Assembly: GCA_036172245.1 (NCBI GenBank)
Contig: JAYWIR010000009.1
Span: forward strand, 4,464,001 to 4,528,000
Direction: 5' to 3'
From: Raillietiella orientalis
Lineage: Eukaryota
DNA length: 64,000 bases
Below the pieces are notes generated by a model. That model was given only the letters and a program-made list of their open reading frames with translations, ran no database searches and was not told where the DNA came from. The translations under genes were made by a program, and so were the position numbers. Position 1 is the first letter of the stretch; each line of letters begins with the position of its first letter. Below, piece after piece: positions 13,852-28,163 of the stretch.

Positions 13852-16800
13852 TACATTGTGATTTTATCTAGTCGACAGAGAATAACAACACTATTTTTGT
13901 TAAAAAAAAAAAAAAAAAAATGAAAGAAAGAAAGGAAGGAAGAAAAGAAACAAAGACAGACAAACGAAAAGAAGATTTCCTGGGAAAGCGGGGGGGGGGG
14001 GGCACGGGAGCGCGCGCGCCCTACTCGGCGTGAACGATCCGTGCTGCTCGCACCGCGCTCGCGATCGATGGCCGGCAGCGCCAGCGAGCAGACGACGGCG
14101 CTGCCCGCCGCCGTCTGGTGCCCGACCGTCACGTGGCGGCGGCGGCGGCGGCGATCGAAGTGGGGGGAAGCCTCGCCCCGGATAACGATGCCTCCCCCAC
14201 GCGCGCTCCCGCTTGCCGCCGCCTCGGCACTCCCTCCCTCCCTTACCGCCGGCCGCGGCGGCGAAATTGGCGCGCGCCATGGAGCTGGAAGAAGCGTGGC
14301 CTTGCAGATCCCGGTGACGACCCCCTTTGGAATTTCACGAGGTTCCAGGGCCTCCCTCCTATTATTATAGTACCACTGCTACCAGTATTACTGTTTCCTC
14401 TTTTTTTCTTCATCTTTTCCTCTCATTGATGAGAAAGCGCACCATGGCGCAATCTCCAGCAGAACAATGAGAGCCATCTTTGGCTAATGTTTCGCGGGAA
14501 GCGCCACGTGCATCATGAAAGGGGGCCACGCGCACGCCACCACGGTCTTTGCCGTCACGGTCTGCGAATTCGGATTGCAAAAGAAGTGCGATTTCGAAAG
14601 GGAGTGTGCAGACCCGGAGGATCACCCCACCCACCCGCGCGCGTGTTCCATGCTGCACTGGCGGCGAGGCGCGGTCTCGAGATGTGTGCGTGCGGCCGCA
14701 CGGGAGGAGGGAGGAGCAACGGCGCCCGGCCCCGTTCCCCCGGGACACCCCACCCTCCGGCGTGGCGGCCGCCTTGCCTTTCGCGCGGCGAGGCTGCGTG
14801 CGCTTCCCGCGTGTGCCAACTTGACCCGCAGCAGGAACCCGTGGCAGGTGGGGGCGGCGGCTACGCCCCGTGCGCCGCGCGGCCGCTGCGCCCTCCTTGC
14901 CGGTGCCGCGCGCGCTCTCTCCCTCCCTCTCTCCCGAGCCCGGGCGTCGTCGGCAAGCGCTCGCAGCGGAGCGAGCGACCCTGGAAGAAGGGCTTTTCAG
15001 GGAAAACGAAATGCGCCAGCCGGTTGCGGCGGTGACGTCATGCAGCGCGCGCTCTCCCCTCGCGGGCTGGCCAGTTTTTTCCTTTTTTTTTTTTTTCCTA
15101 ACGGCCTGGCGGGAGGAGCCAGGCGGCGGCGGGCCTCCGCGCAGGCATTCCGTCCTCGAGTGTGCGGCAGCAAAAAAGTCCGCCTGCTTGCGCCCGGGCT
15201 CCGGGGGCAAAAGAAAAAGAAAAAAGGAAGGAAGCAACACCGGCGCAAAAGTGTGTTACGGTGATGTGGGCGGGAACGCGAAGAGCTCCGCTTCGGGGAA
15301 ACGCAGACCTCGTTTCGCTTTCCTTCTCCTCGTCTTCTGGGGCCGTTCGGCGATGGCGCCGCCTCACCCGCACGCTTCCCGCGGTCGCTCGAGGTGACGT
15401 CCGCCGCGCCGGTCGGGCGTTTGCTCTCGCGGGCTCGAGCCGCCCCCCTCGTGAGGCGCGGCACGAACCGCGTCTTCACCCGCTCGCCTTTTGCCGTCGC
15501 CCAGCAGCGAAAGCGTCGCTTCGCACGGCCTACATAAACCGCCCCGAGTTCGGTTTCGCAAGCGCCTGGTCGCTGCCGCCTAGCTCAGGAGCGACGGGGC
15601 CGGCCTCTTCTGGTCCGGGCTCGCGCCCCAGGTCGCGGGGCTCTCGGTCGTCCCGCGGATCCCACCGTCTCCCGGCCGGGGAACGCCAGGCAGGAGGATT
15701 CGTTCCCCGGAGGAGCGCTCCGTCTTGGAAGAGCACCGATCGTTGCGGTCGAGCGGACGCTTCGGACCTCCCGGCCGGCGCAGCCGTCGGTGGGATCTCC
15801 CGCCTCGACGAAGACGCGACGTTTTCGCGGCTGCGGGTTCGTGCGCTGCGGCCGCCGACCTTCGCCGGAGAGGCGAGTGGGTTCGGGCTCGTTCCCCCGC
15901 CCTTCCCGAGCGCCTTGAACCTGGGCGCGAGGGCTCCCGCACGGCGTGGTCCGAGGGAGCGTCCCCGCCGCTCGCGGAAAGAGGTCGCCGTCGGCTCCCG
16001 GGGACGGCGGCTGCCGCGAAGAGCAGAGCGCGCGCGCCGCCCCCTGGCGTCGCTTCCCTGGAAACGTCCGGAACCCGGTGCTGCGGAGTGGTCGGCCACT
16101 GCGGGCGGGGTTCGTCGCCTGAGCAACGCGCCTCGGTCATCCTCGCCTCCGCGAAACTCTGAAGCATCTTCGGGGACACCCCCCTCCCCTCCCCCCAGCC
16201 TTCCAGAGTGCGAGAACATCACTGCGAGGACGTCGGGGGACCGAAGATAGCGGAGGAGGAAGGACAAGGCCCGACCCCCACGCCCGACTTGGAATTCCAC
16301 TCTTGCATGAGCGAGCGACCCGCCGGTTCGGTTCGTGCAGCCCCAGGGCACTGGACGCGCCAACCCCCCCTCCCATACACACACACTTGGGAAAGGTGAG
16401 TGGACTGCAAGTGTGCATTCCCCACGCCCGAAAGTTGGACAGCTCTATGTGCGTCTTCCTGCGCCTGGGCGTTGCCGTTCCCCCGGACGGTCGCAGCAGT
16501 GGAAGAGTCCTTCGCTCCCAAGACTGGAGGCTGCGCCGCGAGGTTTCCCCGCGCCTTCCATCCGCCCCGCCCCCATCAGGAGGATCCGTCAGCTGTTCGG
16601 GGTTCGCACTGAAGAAGCTGGACTTCCCCCTCCCCCTCTCGCTTCGGCTCCCGCAACCCCCGCAGCGCGAGGCGAACCTGTCGCGAGTCACCGTCATCCA
16701 GGAGAAGCAGCGACCTCGGCTCGCAGCAGCCGGGACGCAAAGGAAGGAAGGAAGGCTGGCTTTTTCGGCGATGCTGCTGTGCCGATTCCTTTTCCGACGC

Positions 16801-17304
16801 GTTGGCTCTCGCGGCGGTAGGGGGGGGGGGGGATCTGGGCCTTTGGGCTGGGTCACGCGCCGTCGTCGTCGCCGTCGTCGACCCGACCGGAGTTCAGCAA
16901 CCCTTGACACCGCCGAGCGCGTTGGCTTGCGCGCAGCTCCCGTGAACCCCGTTTTCGGCAACCACGTGGGAAGTCGACCTATGCGGCGCGGCTTCTCGAT
17001 TCCCCTCATCGGGAATAGCCGGGGAAGAGTTCCCCCTTTTTCCTTCTGTTCATCACAAATTTACGAAAACGGGAAAAGTTAGAAATTGGCTTGGGCTGCT
17101 GGAGGAGCGGAATTCCCGCAGGTGTGGATGGCTCGGTGCCCTATGGACCAAAGAGATATTGATGAGGGAAGTCTCGAAAAGCCACGGTCGTGCCGCTGCG
17201 CGGACAGAGGGGAAGCCGCGCATGCATGCAGAGAAGACCCACCCCTCTTCCCATGCAGCACGTGTGCGCGTGTCGGGGGCCGCGTTGGCTGCGCTCTCGA
17301 ACCC

Positions 17305-17940
17305 TCGCGGGTCCTCGAGTCCCGCTCGGGGAAGGATCGACGCCGAGAAGGGTGGGTGCGTTGTGGGTTCGAGTTCCTCCCGCGAGATGACGCTGGTTGG
17401 TCGCGCGCATTCGGGTGCTGCGCCGGCAGCGGTTCAAACCGGATGCCCCTGATGAGTGGCCGGGATTGGGAGTTGTCCCTCCAGGGTCCCTTTCAGGAAT
17501 CAAGGGGTCGGTTCCCTTAGGTGTTCCCCTCCGGTTGTGCAAAGGAGCGGATCCCCTTCTTCGGGGCGACCATCCATCTCTTACCATGGAGGAGCTGGTG
17601 GATTGATGGTACCTCTCCAGAGTGCACTGCTCCCTTCGGGGAACGCGTCCTCCAGGGAAAATTTGGAAACGCGTCACTTCGGGGTTCTCTTCAGAGGAAT
17701 AACAAGGAATGGATCCCTTGCGGGGATCCCTCCCCAGGAGTGAGAGGAACGGACTCCCTCCGGAGCCCCTTCCTGGATTCATAGGGTGGTCTCCTCCCGG
17801 GGTATCCCCCTGTCTATGAAGAGTTACTCTTGAACCCTCGGGTGGTGGCGCGGAACAGCATCAAAGAGCTGCGTGGGCTACCAGGCGCGCGACGGTTCAC
17901 GAGGGACCAAAAAAAAAAAAGATGCTGGAAGGAAAATAGG
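17305..17940. repeat. Diverged GC-rich interspersed repeat, copy A (probable transposable-element remnant)
   Basis: Collinear blocks shared with 38556-39370, e.g. tgggtt(c)cgagttcctcc, cgctggttgg, aggagcgga.cccc, cggggttctcttcagagga, gtgagaggaa.ggactcc, ttcctggat.cataggg, atgctggaagg. Confidence 0.85.
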
Positions 17941-20759
17941 AAAGTCAAGGAAGAACCCAAAAGGATTTCCATTGACCATCAGGGCGTGCTCCCCGCCTAG
18001 GGCACCTACGTCAGCAGGGTGAAGCCCCCCCCCGGTTCGACGGGCTCGCGATACTTTGGGGTGGACTTCAAGGAAGTCCAACCCAAATTCTTGTGACCAA
18101 GAAAGCGCTTTTTCTAGTGAGACACCCTCACGCCGGCCACATCCGCAGCAGCACTTTGCTGCCTACGCGGGATCGTGGCTGCATGGAAGGAACGCAGCAG
18201 ATGACTGTGTGACCTTGGAGAAGACCCGACCCTCAGCGGTCGAGTGACCCACAAGTATCGGCGGAATCGGTGCTTTTTTTTTTTTTTTCTGGCCCGTGTG
18301 CTTACTTTAGGTACAGCCAGCTGTCCATTGTTGTCTGCTTCGTCCGGAAGTGCCGACACGAAGATGCCATCTGGAGTCACTTCCGTTCCCCAAGTGGGAC
18401 ATTTGCGCCGCAATCCTGGGGTGAGTTGGGACGCCAGCTGGGGACCAATACCTACGGCTTGGCGTCCCGCTGGTGCATCTGTAGCGCGCGCCAACGGCTG
18501 CTCTTTCCGCATTTCCGGGGTGGCGGCGCCGCTCGACGTGAGGAACAGCGGCAGCGTTTCGGTCCCGCGGTGCCCGTAGTATTCCTCCAGCTTCCCTGTT
18601 CGCCGCATCGCCGATCCGGGATTCTCCGGTCTGGCCAGCAGCAGCCCGACGGTGCGCCGCCGAACTTCCCGGACGTTCTCGCCTGCCGGTGACCTCTCTT
18701 GGCCGTCGGATCCAAGACTTCGGAGCCTCCCGAAAACTGAAATGGCGCTTGGAATGTCCGCAAGCATTTGCTGAGGTCCGAAGCACCGGGATCCACTGCT
18801 TGCTTTTCTATGTCGCCTTGCCGCGCGGGTGGCTGCTCCGTTCGGACTGCCTCGTCTTCGCCCGCCAAGGTCGCGTCCGCGAGCGGCTGCCGCGGAGGCA
18901 ACTGGCGCTGACGAATCGGAGCGGTGGTTGACGGCGATATCCACGCGGGAGATCGGCCGATCCACCCACCCTCCCACCCATATTCCGAGGCACTCTTGGC
19001 TGTTCGAGATGGCTCCACGGTGCGACGGGATTTCCGAGCCGAATCGCAGTCCCCTCCGAAGCAGCAGAGTCCGATCGAGCCCGAAGGGGATCGGGGATCG
19101 CTGCTACCCCTCTCCTTCGCTTCGAAGAAGCTCTGAAGGGGGAAGAAGACGTATGTCTGTCCTTCGTCGGCTGCCTCGGGTGTCAGAGGTGTGCGGGCAC
19201 GCCACCACCATGACGTGTCTCCCTACTGGACCCTTGGCCGTTCCTCCGATGGGCACGGGCACGGGAGTGACCTCGCGGCGCGCGAGACCTCGAAAACGCC
19301 GCCACGGGAGTCCACGGTCATCTGCCCTCGATTCGCGAGCTCTCGAGGTGCGTAATCTGAGTGGCTTGTTTCACTACGCGAGCCCCGAGGCGAGCCGTCC
19401 ACTGTGCGCTCCTCGCCGCTCTGGTCTGTAATTTTGTTTACCTTTTTTTTTTTTTTTTTTTCTTCACGTCCATAACTCATTCGCAGCGGCTACCTGAGCC
19501 CTTCTGCAGGCCACACTGCGCGGATTCGGCCGAGATGCTTGGGCTCGCTCCGCTGACGCTTCCAGTCCACCTACGAAACGTCCCCTCTCGTGATGGATCG
19601 CGCTCTTCGCCTTGATACGTAACCAGGCTCGAGCGGGCGAAGCAAGCGGAAATTCTTTCCGGGAAGAGATCCCCCACCCACCCACCCACCCACCCACGCA
19701 CACACCCAGCACATCCGATTTTCCGTCATCTCGGAGAACCTCCCGGGGGTGTTCGTCCGCCAATCAGGTGCTCTTGTCCGTGCCTCCCGTCTCGGTGCGA
19801 GCGCGAAACGGAGAAATCTCGCACGTCGAGAGTTCGTCGCCACCGCCCGCTTCCAGGAGACGTTCGGGCCCGGCGGCGCCGTGCTCGACTTGCTCTCCGG
19901 ACGTCCCCCGCACGGGCAGGCGGGGGCGCAGCCGACCGGGTTCGGCACGCGACACCTTGCAGCTTCCGGTGCCCCACCCCCGGCGCATTCGGGGGGGGGG
20001 GAGCGGCGGAGCACCGTCCTCGCTTCCCTTCCCCTCGCGCAAACATTCAGGACGTTCCGGACAGCCCGGGAAACCCTCCCGACTTTGGCGGCGGTAACCG
20101 AGGCCCCGGTCGCCATCCGCATTTTCATTTGTCCATGCTTGTTGCGGAACAAGACAGGAAGCTCCCCGGCATGGCCGGATGTGGAACCTTGTAGGATCCG
20201 AAAATCCCTTCCCCGACAGCCCACTGTGGAAATTCTCGCCCGGCAACAGTGAATTGCCGGAGGCATCTCTGCCATCCCGCCTTCACCTCAGTCGCCCTTG
20301 CGCACTCTTGATCTCTCTGCTGCCGGATACTTGGTCAGCTTTGGAACGCAGCCGCTGCAGCCTCCTCCTCCCTCTCTCTGCACGTTTTCGCCGCGCCGTT
20401 CTGCACAGGACGTTTCGGAAATGTATGACCCGAGTGCGGGCGGAGCATCCCTCCCCTCCCCCCCTTCCTTCTCCTTCCTCATCCCCTCCCCCCTCTCTCT
20501 CTCTTCTGCTTTGTTTTGTCCTGTGCGAAGAAGAAGAAACGTGGAGATTACTCAGATTTACGTGGCACCGGAGATCAGAACTTCGGAACTTTACAGAGAA
20601 AATGGTGTTTCTCTTCCCGGGACGCGAGACTGCGCGTGCAGCGCAGCAGCTCCTGGCAACGTTTCCATCACACTCGAGCAGCATTGCGGGCACTTTTCCG
20701 CGATCCTTGTAGAGGGTGCTTCGATCCCCTTGCGCTTCTCCGCTTATCCGAGCAGGGTC

Positions 20760-21790
20760 CATCCCGGGGGTTCCAGGGCGAACCGCCTTAAGGATGAGGG
20801 GAATCTGTGAGTGAAACGAACCGGCCAGGGTAGCAGTCCCCGACCCACACTGTACGTGGACGTTTCGTGGTTCTCCGCGCGGGCGTCCGCAGACCTACGA
20901 GTGCATCCCAGCGCTTCCTCCTTGGTCTCTGGCTCGCCACACTATTCCACACGCTTGCGATCGAGCTCTTCGAGATGTCCGACTGCTCACCGAGCTTGCG
21001 GGCGGGCGCCCTTCTGACGAGGGAAGGGAAGACACCGTGGTGGTTCCGTCGTCATGGCGGTGTTCTGCTGCAAGTAATCGGTCAGCCTCGACGAAAAACG
21101 CGTGCCGAAACGCGACGGCTGCGTCCCGTGGCGAGGAGTAGTGAGGACCACTGGTCCCTAAGAACGCTAGGGACAGCAACGAACGGGCGTTGCGGGAAGT
21201 GTCCTGCCTCCGAGGAGGCAGGAAAAAACTGTTGAATGCGTGGACAGCTCGGCAGCTAGCGGATGCTGCGACCCTGAGTGTCCCTCCTAAAGGACTTCTG
21301 CGCTGGGGCGAGCTGCTCGGAATACCTCCGGAGGAGGTGAAATGGCCCCCAGCGTGTTGGCACAGTGGCACCCTCCCCAAGAAGTAGCAAGAGACGGCGT
21401 TGCTGTTGTTGCGCCGGGGAATCCCGTGCAGAGCACGCCTATACCACTGGGCACTTGGGAGTTTGGATGCCCATTGTGCAGAGTGCGGCGAAAAGGAAAC
21501 CTTTCCGCATCTCTTAATAGACTGCGTCGCCCTCCGTGCACTTTGGGATCGACTGTGGTCGGTCCTGAAAATCCCAGTAGGCGACCCGAAAAACATTTTC
21601 CGGAGCCTCTTCCTGAGTGACGCCCTCCCCCCCGCCGCGTCTCCGGCAGTTCTCTGCTGCGTACGCGGAATCGTGCCATCCACTGGACGGAGATCTTCTT
21701 GGAGACCGCCGCCCGATGGCTTCGACTCCGGAATATCCGTCCAGCACTTGCCAGAATCCGTAACAGGATGCACTCCAGGCGACCGGTGAT
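20760..21790 (+). mobile_element. Degenerate L1/Tx1-like non-LTR retrotransposon ORF2 3' fragment (zf-RVT/CCHC region)
   Basis: HCAECGEKETFPHLLIDC..LRALW at 21472-21546 fits the CxxC-x-ETxxHLLxxC zinc motif of L1/Tx1 ORF2 C-termini. Upstream RLKDEGNL resembles PKxxGGL. An in-frame TAG at 21385-21387 and frameshifts indicate decay. Confidence 0.75.
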
Positions 21791-24700
21791 GACCCCATCC
21801 CTGCCCTCCCCTCCCCGAAAAACATTTCCCTCCCCCACCGCCAAAGGTGAGGACCTCACCGTTATGCGTACCGGTTCGCGGCAAGCCTTCCACGCGTGGT
21901 ACAACCAAGTGCTCTACCACGATATGTATGACAATGACTTTGTTATGAAATTTGTGTACAAAATTTTAATAATAAATGCCCCGGCAAATGCGGGTGGCAA
22001 ACCACTCGTCCCGCCCGTACGCTGTTTGGCGAAGAAGCGTCGTGCCACATCGATTCCGGTGTGCTCTTGGGAAAACCGGAAAAGTTTGTCTTCCGTGTTC
22101 CTCCAAGCTGTCTTGGTCCTTGGTTTCCGAGTTTCCCCTCGACCGTTTTCACCTCGGATTTGGATGGGGGGCTGCAGAAAATCTCAAATGCGCCAACGGA
22201 TCCAACCCTGAATACCCTTCTGCCTGTGGTGTCATCAGGGAACGCCTCGCGAATCATTCCGAACAGGGATAGCACGGGATGAAATAAAAAGTCAGACGTT
22301 CTCGCTGGTGGCGTTCCCGTCTCGTTCCTCCGCCGAGCTGCTGTTTCCCTCAAGCCACCAAAGGCGTCATGACGACGACCGCGAACGTCATGTTGACCCG
22401 AAGATGTCTCGAGACACCCCCCGTTCAGTCGCGTTGTTCCTCCTGCACCACCACAGCTGCTTGAACTTCGTTTCGTTCCAGGCGGGCGTGTTCCAAAACC
22501 TGATGAGAAACGGGCGAGAGCAGCCGTGGACGCCACCTCCTTCTGTATCTGGAGCCCTGCTGCCCCTCTGCCATCGTCGTCTCTGAGACTCCGGGCAGCT
22601 CGATGGAGAAGCCGCTCGTTCCGTGCGTGGACTCGCGGCGTTGCTGACACGTCTTTCGCAGGGGAGCACGCGCGACATCCGGCTGAAAGATGACAGAAGT
22701 TGGGGACGAGTTTCGGCAATCTTGGAACTTGCCGGTGCAATCCGGCGCACGTGGCTTTCGTTTGCTCGGAGAGGGGGGAAAACAAACGAGGAAAGCAAGC
22801 CCCTCCCCCCCCCCCAAAAAAAAAAAAAAATAATAATAATTCTCGTCAGCTTGACGGAACCTGGTAGTTCCAGACGTTCGTGTCGAAAGTGAACGAATCT
22901 CTTCGGCACTCACCTCCACTTGAATTTTTGTTTCTGCCACTGCGAACGCAGGACGTGGATCGGATTTCGATCGCACGGCGGTCGTAAAATTCCAAGAGCA
23001 AAGACCCCTTTTCGAACGTTTCAAGCGCTTCATTTGATTACATCTGAAAATCGATGGAAACACATCAAAAAGCAGCAGCACATCCAACAGCACAAAAATG
23101 TACACAGCAGCAGCACACCGAGTTTTGGAGGCGGAGAGAAGAAACGAGGGCTCTTCCACTACAGCATCGTACGTTCTTCAATACGTGTACATCATCAGAT
23201 GGTGTCTGAAAAAAAAAAAAAAAAAACAAGGATTTCATTTTCTACGTGTTTGTGTATCGATCGATAATAGCGGTCTTCCTCCTCGTCGGGGGGCACAATC
23301 CAATCTCTATTGCGTAAACTTTAATGTCCACCGCACACGTTGTATCGTTCTTACTGTGTTCTCTTCGGGCAGGAGCAACTTTCGAGGCGGCGCCGGACCG
23401 GCCATGGAAGGGGCGAACGGTGCCGCCCCCTCCCCTGCACAAATCCACAAAAACGAATCTAGCCCGTGGATGCCGCGAGACGGAGGTTCACACTGAGTGT
23501 TGCCCCCCCAGCCGGACCCCGGCATCCGCAGTGGGTGCCGCCGAGCGGTGGTGCTGCTGGCACTCGAAGCGACCGATTCGTGTCAGAACGTCTCGACGAA
23601 AAATCTCCCCGTGGCCCGTGGACCACGTGGGCGAAACGCGTTCTCCGCAATCATCCCGTCAAGTCGCCGCCATCATCATGGAACGCGGTTCGCGCCCAAC
23701 GTGGTGACGACTGACACCTCCAACAGGCGCCCCACGTTCTCGAATCTTCTTCACCCTCCGCCGGCTCGCGTCCCTGGACGCCGGGCTTTGGAAGGGAAGC
23801 CCCCTGAAGTTTTCGTCTTTTCCTTCCCACCACCCACCCTTAGCGCTGCTTGGGACCACGAGGTTCGCCTTGTCGATTTCGGGTTCCGACAGACGCTGTC
23901 AGCACGAAGCACCGCCGTTCGCGAGTCGCTTTCACGTGCCAAAGCATTTCATAAATCGAATTTTGCCCTTCTGTGTTCACGCTGGAAAAAATTTCCGGAC
24001 TTCCGCGGTGCCAGGGATCCTTTCCAGCTTGCAGGCGCACAGCGCGAAGCTCCAGAGCTGCTGCTTCCTGTGTGTGCGGGAAGCCCACGTGCTCGTGGTG
24101 ACTCTGCAGCGGCGAAAAAAGGGCAGCGGCAGCATTACGTCTGCGATCGACGGGATGGGTGTGTTTGTGCCGAAGGCAAAACGAAACACGCCTTCCGAAA
24201 TCAAAGACGCCCTCGAATGCCCACGGATGAGTACATCTGCCTTCATGGAGTTCCACCGCATCCGACGAGTGGAACGCCGCTGCGGGAGACTCGGGGGACC
24301 GGAGGGCCCCCCTGGCTTTGCGAGAGAGCTCACTCTTTGGACACGCTGGCGCGCCGCACTCGGCTCGAGAGGCCCGGTCTGCGTGTCCGCCCACGCGACT
24401 TTGGGCCCGCGATCGCGATGTCTTCAAGAAGACTCGCATTCGGGTGGCGGGAAAGGATGGGCAGTTACGACCCTTGGGCCGAACGGGAGCGACTCGGACT
24501 CGGGATCCGGAAACTCCAGCTGGCGGTGGCGGCGGAGATGCAGGCGGCTTCCCACCTCCCGGGCGGCAGCCGGTCCACAGGTCACTCGCTCAAAGTGCCC
24601 CGAAGGATGCCCTCAAAGTGCTCGAGGCGTGTTCCCAAGCGCATGCATCTATCTGGTGAGGCGATGGGAGTGGTTAACGAGGAAGGCCCCATCATCATCA

Positions 24701-25415
24701 TCATCATCAAGGCGTCGAAAGGTGCGACCGATCGCCCGGCTGTGCCACACCACTTCCGAAGCCCTCGGAGGGCGCTGTATTCTTCTTGCATGCCCCCGAT
24801 CGACGTTGAGGAGTTTCAAAAAAAAAAAAAAACAGAAAGAAAATCGGATTCTCGATGCGTCTGTTTGGAGCAACAGCGCTGCATGGAAGAGCTCGAAGGT
24901 TTCACACTCCAGTAAATCCAATAAGCTTCCCGCATCTTCACGAGCGGTCCACTTGAGCTCGGACTCGCCGGAGAATGGAAGCAAAAAGTCAGCGCCACTT
25001 GGAGCCGGCAACTTACCGATGTAAAGGACCGTCGCCAGGACCAACTGCATTTAGAATCCCCAGGAGCAGCAGGGCTTGTGCGAACAAAGCCAATAGAACT
25101 AGACCGCGGAACCGAATGTTAGCAATCGGACTCTTGATGTAGATCAGTAGAGCAGAACATTTCCAATACAATGCATCGGCATTTAATCTCGACGATAAAG
25201 AACGCCTACGGATGCTCTGCCAATTGGCGATATGCAGAAAGTCGTGCGATCACCACGTCGTTTGCGAAACCGTTGGTGAACTTGTGAAAAGGAAGTACCA
25301 AGTCAAATCGATAAATCGCACGGCACCGCTGCGGAATATGTGAAGAATCCTTCCACGGGTTCATTTTGCACGGGTACTTACTTCATTTGCAACTTTGATG
25401 AGATGGATGCATCCT

Positions 25416-25630
25416 GGAAAAAAGAAAAAAAGAAAAAAAAAAAACGTTACAAAAAAAAAAAAAAAAGGAACGAAACAAAGAACTCCTCCCCCCCCCCCCC
25501 TTCCACAGACAGCCGGCGGAAAGCACAAGAGGCCAACTGCTGCCTGTATAAATGGAAAAAATTCGTTTTGCAATTATTACAGCAGAAAAGAAGAAGAAGA
25601 AGAAGAAGAAGAAAAAGGAAGAGGAGGAGG
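25416..25630. repeat. Low-complexity cluster: poly-A, poly-C and (GAA)n
   Basis: Visible A runs, a C run at about 25488-25500 and (gaa)n at about 25589-25612. Confidence 0.9.
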
Positions 25631-26230
25631 TACTATTCGCATACACACAGGAACACGTGCTGCTTCGCGCTGCCACCGATTGCATGCTTTGCAAGAAGAG
25701 TTGGGAGAGGTGTAGTCTCTTCCCCGTCCTGTGCGATTTTCGCGCCATGTTCATCCCCGAGGCAGCCCCCCCCGGACACGGCGCCGGCTAGTGTCGGGGC
25801 ACTTGGAATTTCCTAGCAAGGCAACGAGAGGAAGAATCCCATGGACCGGTTTTCGTACGTAACGTACGAAATGGGAACGCCTGGGTGACGGAGCTGCCGC
25901 CGTTGTCAACGCTGCGGCGCCACGTTCGATTGCCCTCGCTATCTGCTTTCGGCATTTATTTATTTACTTATTTCTTCTCCTTTTTTTTTTTTCCTTTTTT
26001 TTTTTTTTTGTTGTTGTTTTATCTGTTTCGCAGTTTTGCAGCAGGAGCGATTCGCGGGGAACAAAAATTGTCCGTCCGAATGCGCCGCATTTCCAAGCGT
26101 TTTTCCTTCTTTTTTTTTTTTTTTTTTTTCCGCCAAGCATGGCACCCGCCGCCGGACACGGAAATCGCCCCCCCCTCCTCGCGAGATGTCGGCTTCGCGG
26201 GACGCTGATGCTCGGCGCCGTGCACGCCGT

Positions 26231-26232
<2 letters not shown>

Positions 26233-26268
<36 letters not shown>

Positions 26269-26367
26269 CAAATCTGTCCGTACGAAGCTCGTGGCGAAGG
26301 TTCAAAGGCAGCAGCGGGGGGGGGGGGGAGGGGAGGGGGGGGGGCTGCTGCTGCTGCTGCTGCTGCT
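26233..26367. repeat. (CA)n, poly-G and (CTG)n microsatellites upstream of actin
   Basis: Directly visible simple repeats. Confidence 0.9.
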
Positions 26368-26440
26368 CGGTTTCGAAAAGCCGCCCGCGAAGGGAAAACG
26401 CCTGCGGTATTCGACGCAAAAACTCCAGCGAACGTTTTTA

Positions 26441-26469
26441 CCATATAAGGGCAAAAACGCAATGATTGG
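26441..26469 (+). promoter_or_regulatory. CArG box (SRF site) CCATATAAGG plus inverted CCAAT in the actin promoter
   Basis: Perfect CC(A/T)6GG at 26441-26450 and ATTGG at 26465-26469, about 170 bp upstream of the putative 5'UTR intron donor. CArG and CCAAT boxes are established features of animal cytoplasmic actin promoters. Confidence 0.75.
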
Positions 26470-26494
26470 TCGAAATCGTTCGGTCTTTCGATGA

Positions 26495-28083
<1,589 letters not shown>

Positions 28084-28131
28084 AGTATCCGATTTTTGGC
28101 ACACCTCTCTACATGGCGCTCCATCCGTCAA

Positions 28132-28137
28132 AATAAA
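28132..28137 (+). terminator. AATAAA polyadenylation signal of actin
   Basis: Canonical hexamer 48 nt after the actin stop. Confidence 0.7.
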
Positions 28138-28163
28138 AGTACTGAGCTATACGGTTGCATCTT

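Noticed and set aside
14041..17082. Many long overlapping Arg/Pro/Gly/Ala-rich ORFs on both strands (e.g. 15162-16250, 15530-16384, 16137-17009)
   Set aside because: Expected in very GC-rich, stop-poor DNA. They have no recognisable domain or consistent exon chain. A possible exon at 16207-16395 is too weak to call.
17360..17385. GGTTCGAGTTCC B-box/tRNA-like motif (similar motifs near 34517, 34726 and 38561)
   Set aside because: No A-box at the right spacing and no cloverleaf stems could be formed, so not called as tRNA or SINE.
23497..25024. 472-aa and 384-aa overlapping ORFs as intact genes
   Set aside because: They overlap in different frames, run through microsatellite and homopolymer tracts, and have no convincing domain. 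At most they are TE debris.
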